DNA of 64,000 bases from Botryllus schlosseri (lineage: Eukaryota): contig CM119383.1 of assembly GCA_051294905.1 (NCBI GenBank), positions 9,362,001 to 9,426,000 on the forward strand. The letters run 5' to 3'. Shown piece by piece: positions 22,633 through 47,100 of the stretch (the first letter of the stretch is position 1; every line of letters begins with the position of its first letter). Below the pieces are notes generated by a model. It did no database searches, was not told the origin of the DNA, and worked only from the letters and a program-made list of their open reading frames with translations. The translations under genes and the position numbers were made by a program.

Positions 22633-25600
22633 TTATTCCACTCTCGTTTCCTTCAGCCACCATCGCAAGAGAAGCAGAAGAACCACGATCAGTGCGGTAC
22701 CGAAGAATATTGCAAGTCCAATACCGACCTGGATAGAAAATCCGATAAAATGTCCCATTAGGCAAGCATTCCTTCTGCCCACCTTATTTGCAAGGTCGTT
22801 AATTATAATCTCAACCTCCCGTTGGTCGGTAGCATTCCCGAAAGATGCCTCACAAATGTATACACCGCCGTCACTTGACTAAACCAAAATTAAAGATACA
22901 TTGGTTTTGTCATCAAGTAAAATGCATTCCAATCGCTAGTAATTTACACACAGGATGTTTATATTGTCATTTAGCCTAGGCTATATGTCGCAGCACCCTA
23001 TATAGGCCTATGTAGTACGGTCACCATATTGGGATCCGGAAAGGAGGACACTCATTACCGAACTAGAAAACTGCCTATTTTGGAACTTTGACGAGAAATT
23101 ATGTTGCGTGGAATAAAAAAGGTCATTTTGCTGACTCGACTCCCGAATGACTCGCGGGTAGGGCTGGGCAAAATCGAGTAACTGAGTGATTCGATTCTGA
23201 ATCACGTAATATGCTTCGAGTCGAGTCGAGTAATCGAGTATCACTCGTTATGACGTCATAAAAGAATCTACGTCAAAGTTCAAATATGTACCGTTTATGC
23301 CCCCACAAAGAATAAAATGCCGTTTATCCACCTCATAAATGATACTTTCGTATTCTTTCGACCATACCGATTTCATTCCACTTGGTGACAATGATGTTGG
23401 ATAATCATGACTTCGGAAATGTGCTAGGTCCAGTAACCTTCCTAGCTTCGTACCATATGTTTCGTATGCTACGATACCGCCAATCAAGGTTTCAAGGCTT
23501 CACCAGTGAAAATTGGTATCGAAAATATAATTCTTGTTGATAAATTAACTTTCAGTGGCGATAACCGTGTAATTTCAGTACTCGAAAAAATCGTATTTTA
23601 CTACTCGACTCGAATCGTCAAAATTAATACTCGATTCAGATTCGAGTACTCGAATCATTGTGCCCAGCCCTACTCGCGGGTGTGATGCAAATTTTGCCGT
23701 TTTTTAGTTGTGTCTGTCAAGTGTCCATTGGCGGCCTGGCTCTCAAAGCGATAAAGGAGGACGAATTCCCAAAAAGAAGGACATTTAGGCATCCTCGGAG
23801 GATATTTTCGATTTCATGATAAAAGATGACAAAAGGACATATGTTAACTCGATACTATATTGTTGATACGAATTTCACCGAAGTTCCAAACGAAACAAGA
23901 ATAAACGAACACATGGATTTTCAGGCTCTCAGCATGACTCCGCGATATCCTATTCCCACACTGACCTTGACTTTATCGAAACATATTGTGTCACCCGATG
24001 TTTCATTGCTCTTATCTTCGTCGGGAGCGGGCGCGATCCAGTGTAACGTCAGGTCCGCGCCTGAATATAGATAGTCAATACCCTCTTGCCCACCCTGTAA
24101 ATCTGTTGGTGGGTAACCAGGTGTATTTATCAGATTTCCACCATAGCGTGGGGTGTAAATAACGTGAACGGCACTTTTGGTACCAAATTGTTCTTTCATA
24201 TACCCCTTTCAACCGGTAAATGAGTCAAATACACCAATTCTTGTGGAGATCTCAAGGGTGTAGTGTTTGCGTGTAGAGGCCTACCACTCCAAGAAACCCC
24301 AACAGATAACCCACTACACTCCTATGATATAGGCCCATCTCCATGAGAATTGGTGTATTCTACACCCGTTGGAAGGGGTGTGAAAGTACAATTTGGTTCT
24401 AGTACATCAAAGTGCCGTTTACCTGATTCACACCCCACACTATGACGGAAGTCTGATAAGTATATCCCTCTTCCCACTCATGGATTTACAGGATATAGCC
24501 TATGTGTCAGGGGCGGCGAACCCGTGGCCCTCGAGAAGGTTTTGAGTGGCCAGCGTAGTAATTCTCGAAATTAGTTATAGATATATAAAAAAATAAAGTA
24601 CCCAGGTAATTTATTGTGCACTTACAATGTCAACAAAAAATTTGATTAGTCTGACCGCGAAATACGTGATGTTAATGACTAAAATATCAGTTGCGACGCA
24701 TTGTCGTATTCAGGTGCCAACAACATTATTTCGTATGGATCTTCATATGTGACAATAAAGTAAAATATTTCATGGCAGATTTATTTGGCTTGTTATTTTT
24801 CTTAGCACTTCACACGATTTGTTTTCACTCTATTTCTCGCTTTTATTATTGGTACCCCCTCCTGAAAATTAAAAAAACGCCCAATTTACAAAATTGAGTT
24901 CAACTATATTCGACACTACGAGAGAACGTGTGGTCCAACATGCGTCTGCACTCGCAGAAAGACCGTCGGCTATGAAACCTTTGCACAAAATGATAGACGC
25001 ATGTTCGCCGAAATCTTCGATATTGATAAGTCCATTGTCCAAACGCCGAAATATCCTGTCCTTGCCAAATAAGCCGCCCATGCAGCGGTATACAGAGGCG
25101 ACCAGCAATATACGCAAGTAACGTTATTATTGACCGAATTCATTTATCAACTTTGAAAAATTTTCGCGCCTGGCGCGGCTAGGACGTGGATACACAGTGA
25201 CTTCCATGATATCAAATGTTATCTGTTTTATGCGTAGTAATATAAGTCTTGTTTTCAGCGTTACCTAATCCGTTTTGTTCCTTTTGAACGACTACAAAAG
25301 GTCATCAGCATTCAAGTGGCCCACGCAATGGTTCGTATCTCATTTTTCTCTTTGGCCGAAAAGATTGGCCACCCCTGCTACATGTAATATGGAACTGAAG
25401 TGGTGATATAGTTTGGTGGTAGTTCGGACAACGTTCGAGATCAAAATCACACACAGTGAAATATAAATGAGTTCAACACCTGTCGCTTCCGCCAGATTTC
25501 TTTCGATTTCCCCAGGATCCACCGTAGCGGCGCAATATAAGCACACCTGCACAATAATTGATGATCCTGAATTAGGCTACTTCAGAGAACGTTATTAATA

Positions 25601-28600
25601 TATTTCTTCCCGCATTACCTTTCCTCCCAGATTTGCAAACACAGTGTCTGATATATAACATATGTCAACCACCTCTGTCGAATTATGTTCAGCACACGCT
25701 TCGTCAATTTTCTCGTCAATATCCTCTTCATCTTCCTCGCCGTCATCTTCCAGGCATGCGGTTTGCATATCTAAATTTGTTGAAATACCAACACGGTGCT
25801 GTTCTCATATCATGAGTAGGCTACAAGACATCGAAAAGTCTACTTTCTTTTTCTAGTAAATTTAATTCATGGTATATAGTGACTATATAGTCAATAATTT
25901 TAAATTACACCTAATTTTACTTTTAGTAGGGTTACCATATGTCCTCCTTTAGTCCTTTAGGAGGATTTGTCCTACTTTTTCAATAAATCGAAAATGTCTT
26001 CCGAGGACGCCTAGATATCCTTCCTTTTGGGAATTCGTCCTATATACTTTATAGCTTTTACAACAAGGCAACTAAAAAAAACGGCAAAGATGACGAGAAA
26101 TCTGAAATGCGGATGCTCGAGCGGGTCATTCGGGTTTAGGACTGGAGTTTGGGAGTCGAGCGGGAAAAATGACCTTATCTTTTTAGTCAGCACACCAAAA
26201 TTTCTCGTAAAATTTTTAGAATCTGCAGCTTTCTGGCCCGGTAATCAAAATTTTTTGTTTTTAAAAAGTGTCCTTCTATCCGGATCCCAAAATACGACTA
26301 GGTTTACTAAGCAAGTCTTCATTCGTGAAATTATAGAAAGCATCGGTTTCGCATGATAGTGACCGTTCTGTTATTTCCTGACTCCGATGAAGTTATGTGT
26401 CTGCGAGTGAGATTCTAGAAGATACCGTTGTTGGTGAAGGTGTTAAGCTTTTTTCCTTGTACACTCGGAGGCTTCGCGCATTCAGCATCAGGCTCTCGCA
26501 GGGCGGTGTTGCCAAACTGCAGCCATACGTAAAGTCCGAGAAGACTAAAACACACGAGTCATTACTGCCAAAATAAGCGTCATATTTCAAGGGATTTTAC
26601 CATGGATATCTAGACTAGTAGTCTAGATATCCCTGGATTTTGCTCACTTGCAGTCGCATTTCCACGGATTTCCACCCAGACTCAGCGTTTCTAGCGATGG
26701 TAGCGCGTCGAACAAGTCTGAGGACAAGCTCTGTAGCTTGTTGTCGTTCAAAATGATAGTTTTAATGCCCATTCCGAAGCTGAATGCCATCTGCAATGCA
26801 TTGCAAACACCAAAGTATATAGTGCTACCCACACTTTAATGCATTATATGAAATTTCACGATAGCTTTGTTGTAACGTTTCCAAATTGGTAAATAAAGTT
26901 TGCCGCTCCCCAAATTTTTGTTTTAGCTAATAGCATGTTATGTAGGTAGGGTTGCATTTAAAACAAATGGTTGTTTAAAACACAGGGTTCAAAACATGTT
27001 TTAAACAGTGTTTTAATCAAAGGCCTTAAAATAACAAAAAATTTTCCAAGTTATAAAATCATGCCATAATTGTGCAAATACTTTCCAAAATAACATGTTG
27101 TATGAGCCTACGGACAATTACCACCCGATATAGCCGACGTATACGATATGGTATGGTTGGAATCCTAAAAATATTCGGTTCAACAGCTGTATAGTACGTA
27201 GGGTAAATTAGGGTTTTAATATAGCTCGAAGGAGCTATATTAACCCTATATCTTCAATGGTCAAGGTCAATCCATTATGACGTCACAATTGAATATCTAT
27301 GAAGTCATGGATTAAAAAAAACACACAATAAAAAACATGATATAAACAAGAGCCTTTTTGTTTTGAACATGTTTGCAATAAAAAATTGATTTATGTTCTA
27401 TAAATGCAACCCTATATGTAGGCCTGTGCACTGAGCAGGGTACAGATGAAATACGTCCCATATGTCTTTAGTTGTGGCCTAAACCGTCAATGACAATACA
27501 ATAAAGGCTACATAGGGTATTTCCTAATACTATTAGAATTAGACTATATGTTCGGATGTTTTTGCAAAACACAATTGTTTGACGCGACTCGACTGCTGCA
27601 TGATGTTAAAGATCGTTCTTTCCGTGATGCACAAGTCACGCGTACGCACTTGCACTTCTTATTGCACAAGTGATATGATCTTGGACTATTTGTATATCTA
27701 GGCTACGTAACAGTTTTCCGTTTTTTAGACATAACTATATAGGCTTAAGGAAATCAGCACGCCAACTTGCAGAAATCTACAACGGTACTTTTATTTCTAC
27801 TTGAGCACCAGCGATGACTATTATGATAAATTCGTCGAGTCGTAACAAACATCTGAAAAAAGAATGACGAGTGAGTGAGTGAATATTATTAGTATATTGA
27901 GAATGCTAGCCTATATGGAACGCGAGTAGCCTAGTTCAAATTTATACTCCAACCAATATATAGGCCTACGCTTATAATCGTATTCAGCTTATATATCTAA
28001 GTTTTAGTAAAGATCCTTTAACTGTTTGACATATTGATTACAAAATTGAAAATGTCTAGTCACTTGACGTGGAAAGACCCCAATTGTTACCGGATTAAGC
28101 TCTTTCAATTGATTTGACGATATCGACAAAGTTTCTAAACTTCGCAAGCCATAAAATGCCATCTCGTCCACACTTTTAATTTTATTTCCTTTGATTGATA
28201 GTTGCCTGACGTTGCTGAGACCGTTGAAACCCCGCGTCTGTAAATTAGTGTTCCGTGAAGGAAATTGAGAGCACACGATATCATTTGCTGGCGACGGCTT
28301 CACCTCTAAGGTACTGATTTCATTATCTTCAAGCAGAAGATCAGTCACTGTTGAAAACTCTTGTTTGTAGAACGAATTTTGCTTGATGGTATTCAAAGGG
28401 TTTTCCGCGATCACAATTTTCTCAACCCCTCTCGGAAATGGTAATGGTATCGATCTGTAAAACGAAGACGATAACTATGTATTCCAAATCATTCGTGCCT
28501 CCTTGTTCACCTTAAATTTCTTCTCCTACACTCTACGGCCGGTAGTTGGCAGGTGCATTCACGGTCACACACTGTTCTTCGATTCCTGCCTGTAAAAGCA

Positions 28601-28849
28601 TAGTACGTTTGGTTGACCGATTGCACTGCGAGCTATGCATTTAGAGAAGGCTATTCACCTGTACCAGGTCCCTCAGCTGACCGAATAGTTCTATCAGGAA
28701 TTTCATTTCGTAATAGCTGTAATAATTTGTATATATCTAACAAAGCTATATTTGGTACAAATATCCATAGTCAACAACAGACCTACCTGCGGATCGACGA
28801 GCTCTAGCACTATATACAGCACCAACGATTGGTAGGAAACAATTTTCAT
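22633..28849 (-). CDS. LRR-Ig single-pass membrane protein (LIG-type architecture), ~403 aa
   Basis: Exons 28849-28783, 28589-28511, 28454-28304, 28237-28091, 26790-26648, 26544-26426, 25770-25619, 25546-25480, 24060-23966, 22878-22783, 22728-22633 (1212 nt, in frame). Domain order: signal-like MKIVSYQSLVLYIVLEL, LRRNT CDRECTCQLPAVEC, ~4 LRRs, LRRCT GNPWKCDCNL...ECAKPPSVQGKKL, acidic linker, Ig (VCLYCAA...LHW...DGGVYICEA), TM VGIGLAIFFGTALIVVLLLLL, 10-aa tail. The exon 1 donor was chosen for frame. Confidence 0.85.
23016..23850 (+). mobile_element. MITE family B copy 1 (host of a nested MITE)
   Basis: Ends GGTCACCATATTGGGATCCGGAAAGGAGGACAC...AGGACATATGTTAAC; homologous along its length to the inverted copy at 25927-26300. 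Confidence 0.75.
23159..23672. mobile_element. hAT-type MITE nested in family B element
   Basis: Perfect 12-bp TIR TAGGGCTGGGCA/TGCCCAGCCCTA and perfect 8-bp TSD CTCGCGGG. Related copies lie at ~30700-30990 and ~36040-36390. Confidence 0.92.
24094..24492. mobile_element. palindromic (foldback) MITE in LRR-Ig intron
   Basis: ~170-bp imperfect inverted arms (CCTGTAAATC...GGGGTGT...ACGGCACTTT...ATACACCAATTCT...GGAGAT); no clear TSD. Confidence 0.8.
24508..25377. mobile_element. non-autonomous hAT element
   Basis: Ends CAGGGGCGGCGAACC and GATTGGCCACCCCTG; flanks CTATGTGT/CTACATGT (6/8 TSD match). Confidence 0.75.
25927..26300 (-). mobile_element. MITE family B copy 2 (no nested insertion)
   Basis: Starts TAGGGTTACCATATGTCCT; its reverse complement aligns to 23016-23850 across the nested insertion point. 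Confidence 0.75.
26947..27414. mobile_element. hAT-type MITE
   Basis: Perfect 14-bp TIR TAGGGTTGCATTTA/TAAATGCAACCCTA and perfect 8-bp TSD TATGTAGG. Confidence 0.92.
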
Positions 28850-29627
28850 TGTTGATAGATAGATATATAGCCTACGCCTATGGCGTCGCGGACTTGTAGA
28901 AATGAATTTGTGAGCAAACTGCTCGGCTACTCGATGCGTCTTCGAGTGCTTTACGACATAGAAACAATAGTTGCTTATGATTGAAAGGCATGTATCGCTA
29001 ATACATTTCGTCAAACTCCTTATGAAGTAGGCTTCTCGAGAGCTGTCGAATTCGTGCCCCATTTCAAAGCTCAACGAACAGTAGACCCTGTATTTCGCAA
29101 TTTGGTGAATTACGTGGCAATCAGGGCATTGTACACTGAAATACGGGGTAGTGACATCGGAAATGTTTCGCCAAAGCTCGGTTGTTTCATTTACTTCATA
29201 AAGGCTTTGCACGGCGAATCCAGGACGAATCTAGCCTATATCATCACGTGATACAATAATTATCAACTCAGGAAGGCTGTATATAAGGGACATGAATGGA
29301 ATGTCATTTTCGTAAAAAGTTGCAATAAGTTGCAAATGATATCGAATGTGACCGTCACATTCGATACAAATTATGGCTCACAAGAATCATGTAGCTTCAC
29401 GACCTTTTGCCATTTTACGTCATCATTCGGTGTAGGCGACGGCGCGGCGTAGTTTGCTGCCGTAGAAACTTAATGTTTGCATTTCATTTTTACATATGAG
29501 TAGAAGAAATTGTTGTTAGCTTTGTCTTCGTGCAGCAAGTAGGAGTTAATGATAAGAAGTTGAGGAGTCTCGGAGCTAAGCAGCCGTTTCGTTTCGTCCG
29601 TATTTCTACTGGTTCAAAGATTCCGCG
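28850..29627. promoter_or_regulatory. probable bidirectional promoter region between LRR-Ig gene (-) and U2SURP (+)
   Basis: Divergent start codons ~780 nt apart; contains a 27-bp palindrome (29340-29366) and a TTACGTCA CRE-like site near 29415. Confidence 0.6.
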
Positions 29628-41840
<12,213 letters not shown>

Positions 41841-43523
41841 ATCGGTGGTTGCGCCGTTTTTGACTCGAATCTGTACGGACGTTTTCCGCCCGCGACCCGC
41901 TCCGCAGGGAGTGTCGATGGATGGCTTAATCGGGATCTGAGAACATTTTCAAATTGAATTTATGTGAATAAACTTACTTCCATTTCTTGATAGTATATTC
42001 GTGTTGATATGTTGCTGATGTAGTGAATTTGTTAAAAAGCAGGGAGTTATTGATCTTGATGTACCATACTCCATGTTTGAGGTTTAGCTTCGATCTGCGA
42101 CATCTTAAAGTCTGCCGTACTACCAGTCGTCAGATCGAGAATGATAAGGAATATGGCCTGGCATTAATGGTCGTAGTAGTCGAAAGCGCCATGAATACCA
42201 AAAACTAGAACTTTGCTCGAAATATATCGCGCTGTAGGTAGTTAGCGTCGGAACATGAAGCGGAGTCGAAATCTGAGGTTGCTTTATGCTCAATGTACAG
42301 TGGGATGCAATCAGAGATAGAACTACATATCCCTGGACGCAATGTACAGATATGGGATATTGATGCTATTAATTTCTGGTCTATGAACCTAATCTCCACC
42401 TCAGCCTACTGGCATCAACACCAAATGTGACAGTGTTTGATTGTGATCTCTCGGTTAGCCTATCTGTTGAATATTTCCATTCTCGTCCTTGTATCCTCCC
42501 TTGTCTATGCTTGCTTTTTTAAAGATGCCTACATGAACTCCTCAGCGCTTCGAAACGTTCTACAATTGAGACTCGAATCGCAGTCTTCCATGCCGATGTG
42601 GTGGATTAACCAGGGTAGACCACTTATCCTAACCAGGGGTATAAACCACTGAAATCCCTGACCATACTAAAACCTTATAGGTATTTCGTGTCCAAACACT
42701 TTGGATGGAGGCGGAGTTTTCACATGACGTTAAAAGGTTAGGAGATCGCTGATCACTTCTTTGCAGCAGGTCGCTCACTACGAAAATGTGAGAGATAGCC
42801 TTTATTTTTTTGTGTAAATTTAAACCTGAAGGTACATAATGCATATGCAAATGCATGTGATGCGTGATGATTGTCACGGTACGAACTGGTGAATTCTTCA
42901 AGGCAATTCCCAATCGTGCACTGCAGGGAATTCAACGACGTCGTTCATTTCTAACTACGATTCTTGCTGGGCGCACCGCAGCTGCTTGAGAGATGCAGAA
43001 TAAGAATCTATCACAATGGTTAGGCACCAGCTAACAGGTGGTAATGCAATTAACTTGATAGCAACTCGGTTTCTGCAATACGCTGCCTAATCGTGGAAAT
43101 CATTTCACTCACAAAACGACGCAAATTCATCCACTGCAAACTCTGATGATGGCCCGTGTATAACAACTGATGGTACTGTGTTAGTGGGTGTAGGCATTGC
43201 AGTATTGATTACTTTGAGAATTGTCACTTACCAGCAGACGAAACGTCAGTTCACTTGCAAAACGTTTCCTGTTCCTGCACAGCAGCTAGCCAGCTACGGT
43301 GTTGCCTACAAGATCTTGCTCCACATCCACACGAAATAAATTGAATAATTACTTATCCTGACAATTTCTAGTGCACCGACCAACCTTTACCGGAAACCAC
43401 TGCACTAGACTATTGTGAATTATTATCACAACTAGGTCATACAAATATACCGTCTTCATTCTGTGAATGGTAACATCCCATCCATGCACATTACACATAT
43501 CATACACGGTATATATGTAGCTT

Positions 43524-44004
43524 CAGTGGTGGCTTTTGGGGTGGGCGAGGTGGGCGGTCGCCCGCCCCCCCTGGTCGAAGGCCCCCCCTCTTTGGTTTAT
43601 GCGATTTTTTCAAGGATTATAGCAAATAAACGGAGAAATCCGTGTACCAATCAAGAATATGATTCCGTACAGATGTGTCAATCATCATTAAATCTCTGCG
43701 TTTGTTAGAAAAGTCCCATATCCCGATATTCATCACGTCTCTGCATGCGTTAGAATTACTTAGTTTTGATGTAGTCTATCCTTGCACACATGCAATAGAT
43801 ATGGCAATAGATATGCAATAGATATGGCCGAATCCAGCACCCGGCTAAAACCCTTGATGTGGTGAAAGATAGATAATAATAACAATAATAGACGCAAAAG
43901 GGGGGTCTGGGGGGCGGAGCCCGCCCGAAGTTACGATTACATACTTATAGGGGGCCCCCCCGGTACGTCTCGCCCAGGGCCCCCCACTCGTAGGGCCATC
44001 ACTG
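43524..44004. mobile_element. GC-rich-ended hAT-type MITE
   Basis: TIR CAGTGGTGGC/GCCATCACTG and perfect 8-bp TSD TGTAGCTT. Confidence 0.9.
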
Positions 44005-44173
44005 TGTAGCTTTGTTGTAAAAACTGGACTTGCTGAAAACCCAATTCTCCAACAACAGACGACAAATTCTGCAGTAGTTGATTATGTATTCTCTATTAAA
44101 TAAGACAAAATCAAGGACACTAGAGTAGAAGTTGAAAAATATACCAGGGTTGGCGTGAGCAAATAATAAACAT

Positions 44174-47100
44174 TTAAAATACTCCTTCGTTTGATTCCTC
44201 TACTTCTTCTGGGGACGTAGAAGAGAGATAGTTGGGTATCTAGAAATAGAAAATGAAGTATCAGAATCTGGTTAATTCTCAATATGCTTTGCTTACATTT
44301 GACCTGATATACGAGTGGGTCTCCAGTTGACTCAGATATAGCTACAGTAGTGTACTTGGTCAAACAATTTTTCTATAGCGAGACACAAACAAATCACATG
44401 CTCACAATCGCTGTTGTCTATATTCTAGGGCGAAAATATTATGTAGCGCAAAAAGGCCAGAACTTATCGAGCGCCACGCAATACAATACATACATATCCA
44501 GGTGCTTACTTTGCGGAAATTTGCCTTACATCACCGACAGATGAATATCTCGTTTTGAATTCGGACATTGGTATGCCAATGCCTGGCGGTCCGTAGTCCC
44601 GCAGCGTCGATGTAGGAGTGGGTCTTCTACTAGACCTGACCGAAGGAGGCCCGTCGGATTTTATATTCAGTGACGCGGTAAGTGGGAGAGAACAAGTCCT
44701 GGAAAATTAACGATACTTATCAATCTAATGTTGTACTTTGTATAGTGTCAAGGTTGCCTCAAATTGTAACTGTTACCGAAGTGATCTTTTTTCACCTACT
44801 ACATGTTTTTAGATGCTGTGATATGATGTTTCTATGATTATACAATGGATATAAAGTAATCTTTTAGAATTAAGACAATTAATGTTAGACACAGATTTGA
44901 GTACTCAAATCATTCAGCCTAGTCCTAGTTACTATTTTAACCCCATCAGCCATTGATAACTTACATCTTGTTCGACTGCGGCCGGTCCACAATCCCACTA
45001 AGATAACCTGGCACACGAGGAGACATGTACACACGCGATTTTTTGTATTCTTCGTGCAGGTCCTTGCCTTGAGCCAGCCAGTTGTTGGCGAGTTTAATTC
45101 CTGCAAATTCGCGTGTAATTATACTGGCGGCACACGAAACGGGGGTGTTTTCCAAACCTCTGTCTTTGGATTGATCTCTGATCGCCGGAGTGCTTTGTCG
45201 TGACCTTTCGACTTCCAAACTGTGCCGCTTGTCGGGTGAGGATTGTAACGGTGACGACGGCCTTTGTGGAGGCGTCGGGCGTAATGCCACTACTTGTAAG
45301 CCGGTGTTGCCTGGGAATAAGCAAGTAAACTTCGATTAGGTTGTAAAATCGGAGTTGGATGCATCAAAGTAATGACTTTCTTATCAAAAACCAACCAGGT
45401 TAAATGACAAATTCCTGCACTTGATATATTTCACTGTTAAATACTTAAATACTAATCTCAAATCATACAAACACACTATCTCTCTATCACTCAAAGAACC
45501 TTCATTGCTACATGGACTTTGGGATTGCAGTCCCAGCCCAAGCTTAATCGCTACATCTCATTTGTGATTTCGACTCGCTCTAAATTGTGATACAGGGATC
45601 GAGCCAAAGATGTTAGGACAAAGTGGAATTGGATATACTGCAACTAGAATAATATGGTGATGATGTGAATTTCCAGAATGCTCAAAGTTTTGAAGAAAGT
45701 TTCAAGTGTAGCATAACTGACTGTGTCCTTGCATAAGTGGAACATCTCAAGTGTTGAAATAAAATGTGACACAGCATATATACTATATAGTTTGCCCATT
45801 TCTACTTTCGAATATGCTTGAGTATGCTCCTTATCCTGGAAATTTATTTCTCATAGTCCGTTGCAAAGAAACACGCAGATACTAGAAACAGGGAGTGCAA
45901 CTAGATGAATAAATCAAGTTCAGTTTAGTAGAGATTGCTGTACGCCGCAAGATTGCTGTACAATGAAAATAGGAAGGAGTCTAGCGACTTGAAATAGTCT
46001 TTCAATCAAACATCCACCTTGGCCTATGGGTATGAATAAAATAGCATGTAAATAAGAGGCGTGAACACCGAATGATAAGTAACAGACGATAACATAAAAA
46101 GGACCAACAACAGCAAACATATTTATTATATTACTAACAATAGATGTAATAATTCCATTGATTTTTTAATTCTTCAATAACCTATATTTCTGTCGTACAC
46201 GGATTACAGTTGACTTGATGATCTCGTACACCTCAAACTGCAGCCCTATTTCATCATTTCTCTTTTCATTATACCTCATATATATTACAATAACAAAATA
46301 AGCTTGATTGAGTGAAGTAGCGTGTGGCCTATGTGAGATCGTGGTTTGGTAATCTCTAACACAGATTAATAGGTACAGAATTATAGTACAAGTTAGAGAA
46401 CAAACGTACCCTTTCTCGACTGGGCAGCATTTGGCGAGAACCTGACATTTGCCGATTTCAACATACTGTCGTCCAAAGTTAAATTCATGGACGAAGAAGC
46501 AGAAGATCGCCACGCTTCCGTGCGTTCCAGTTGGAATGACGACGCACTGTCCGGCCTATCAAACGCCACCGAGTCCCCGTACAGTTTTGAGAGGTTTTTC
46601 TGTCTTCCTGTGACGGCGCTTAATGGCCGAGCACTGAAACGAAAGTGGAGTTTTCAATGGCTTTGAAGCAAAATATTTTCGAGCGTTGGGACGGCATTTT
46701 GAATAACTTCGAAGAAGACTGTGACATCGGGCATTAGTCCGAGGTGGATGCCAGATTAAGAGACCGCAATGGTCGTTTCGGCGTCCTCCTATCTGTTCAT
46801 AACATCGCATTGTGTTTCTTGTATATCGCATTGCACATTGTGTGTATGTCTTGGGCAGATGATAGTATATTCTGACGAATATTTAATATTGAATATCTAG
46901 TTCAGAGGTAGTCAGTAACGAAGTACTTCTACGGTTTTAGAGTAATCGAGTTTGTTTTATCTACTTGAACTATCAAGTACCTGAAAGTGGTTATGATTAC
47001 AGTTACTAATTCCTCTTCTACTACAGTTTTATGCTAAACTACTACTACTAACTTCTCTTAAAGTAGGTTTATTGTAAATAGGATTTTGGGACAGTTTGGC

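Noticed and set aside
24894-25121. Transposase remnant inside the 24508-25377 hAT element
   Set aside because: Only a faint KYPVLAK-like similarity interrupted by a stop; too weak to call.
25771-26425. U12-type intron (GTATCTT donor) in the LRR-Ig gene
   Set aside because: The donor deviates from GTATCCTT and there is no TCCTTAAC branch site near the acceptor.
46640-46800. Extra exon (RRTPKRPLRSLNLASTSD) in the LRR gene
   Set aside because: The incoming splice phase gives an immediate stop; the downstream acceptor at 46633 maintains frame.
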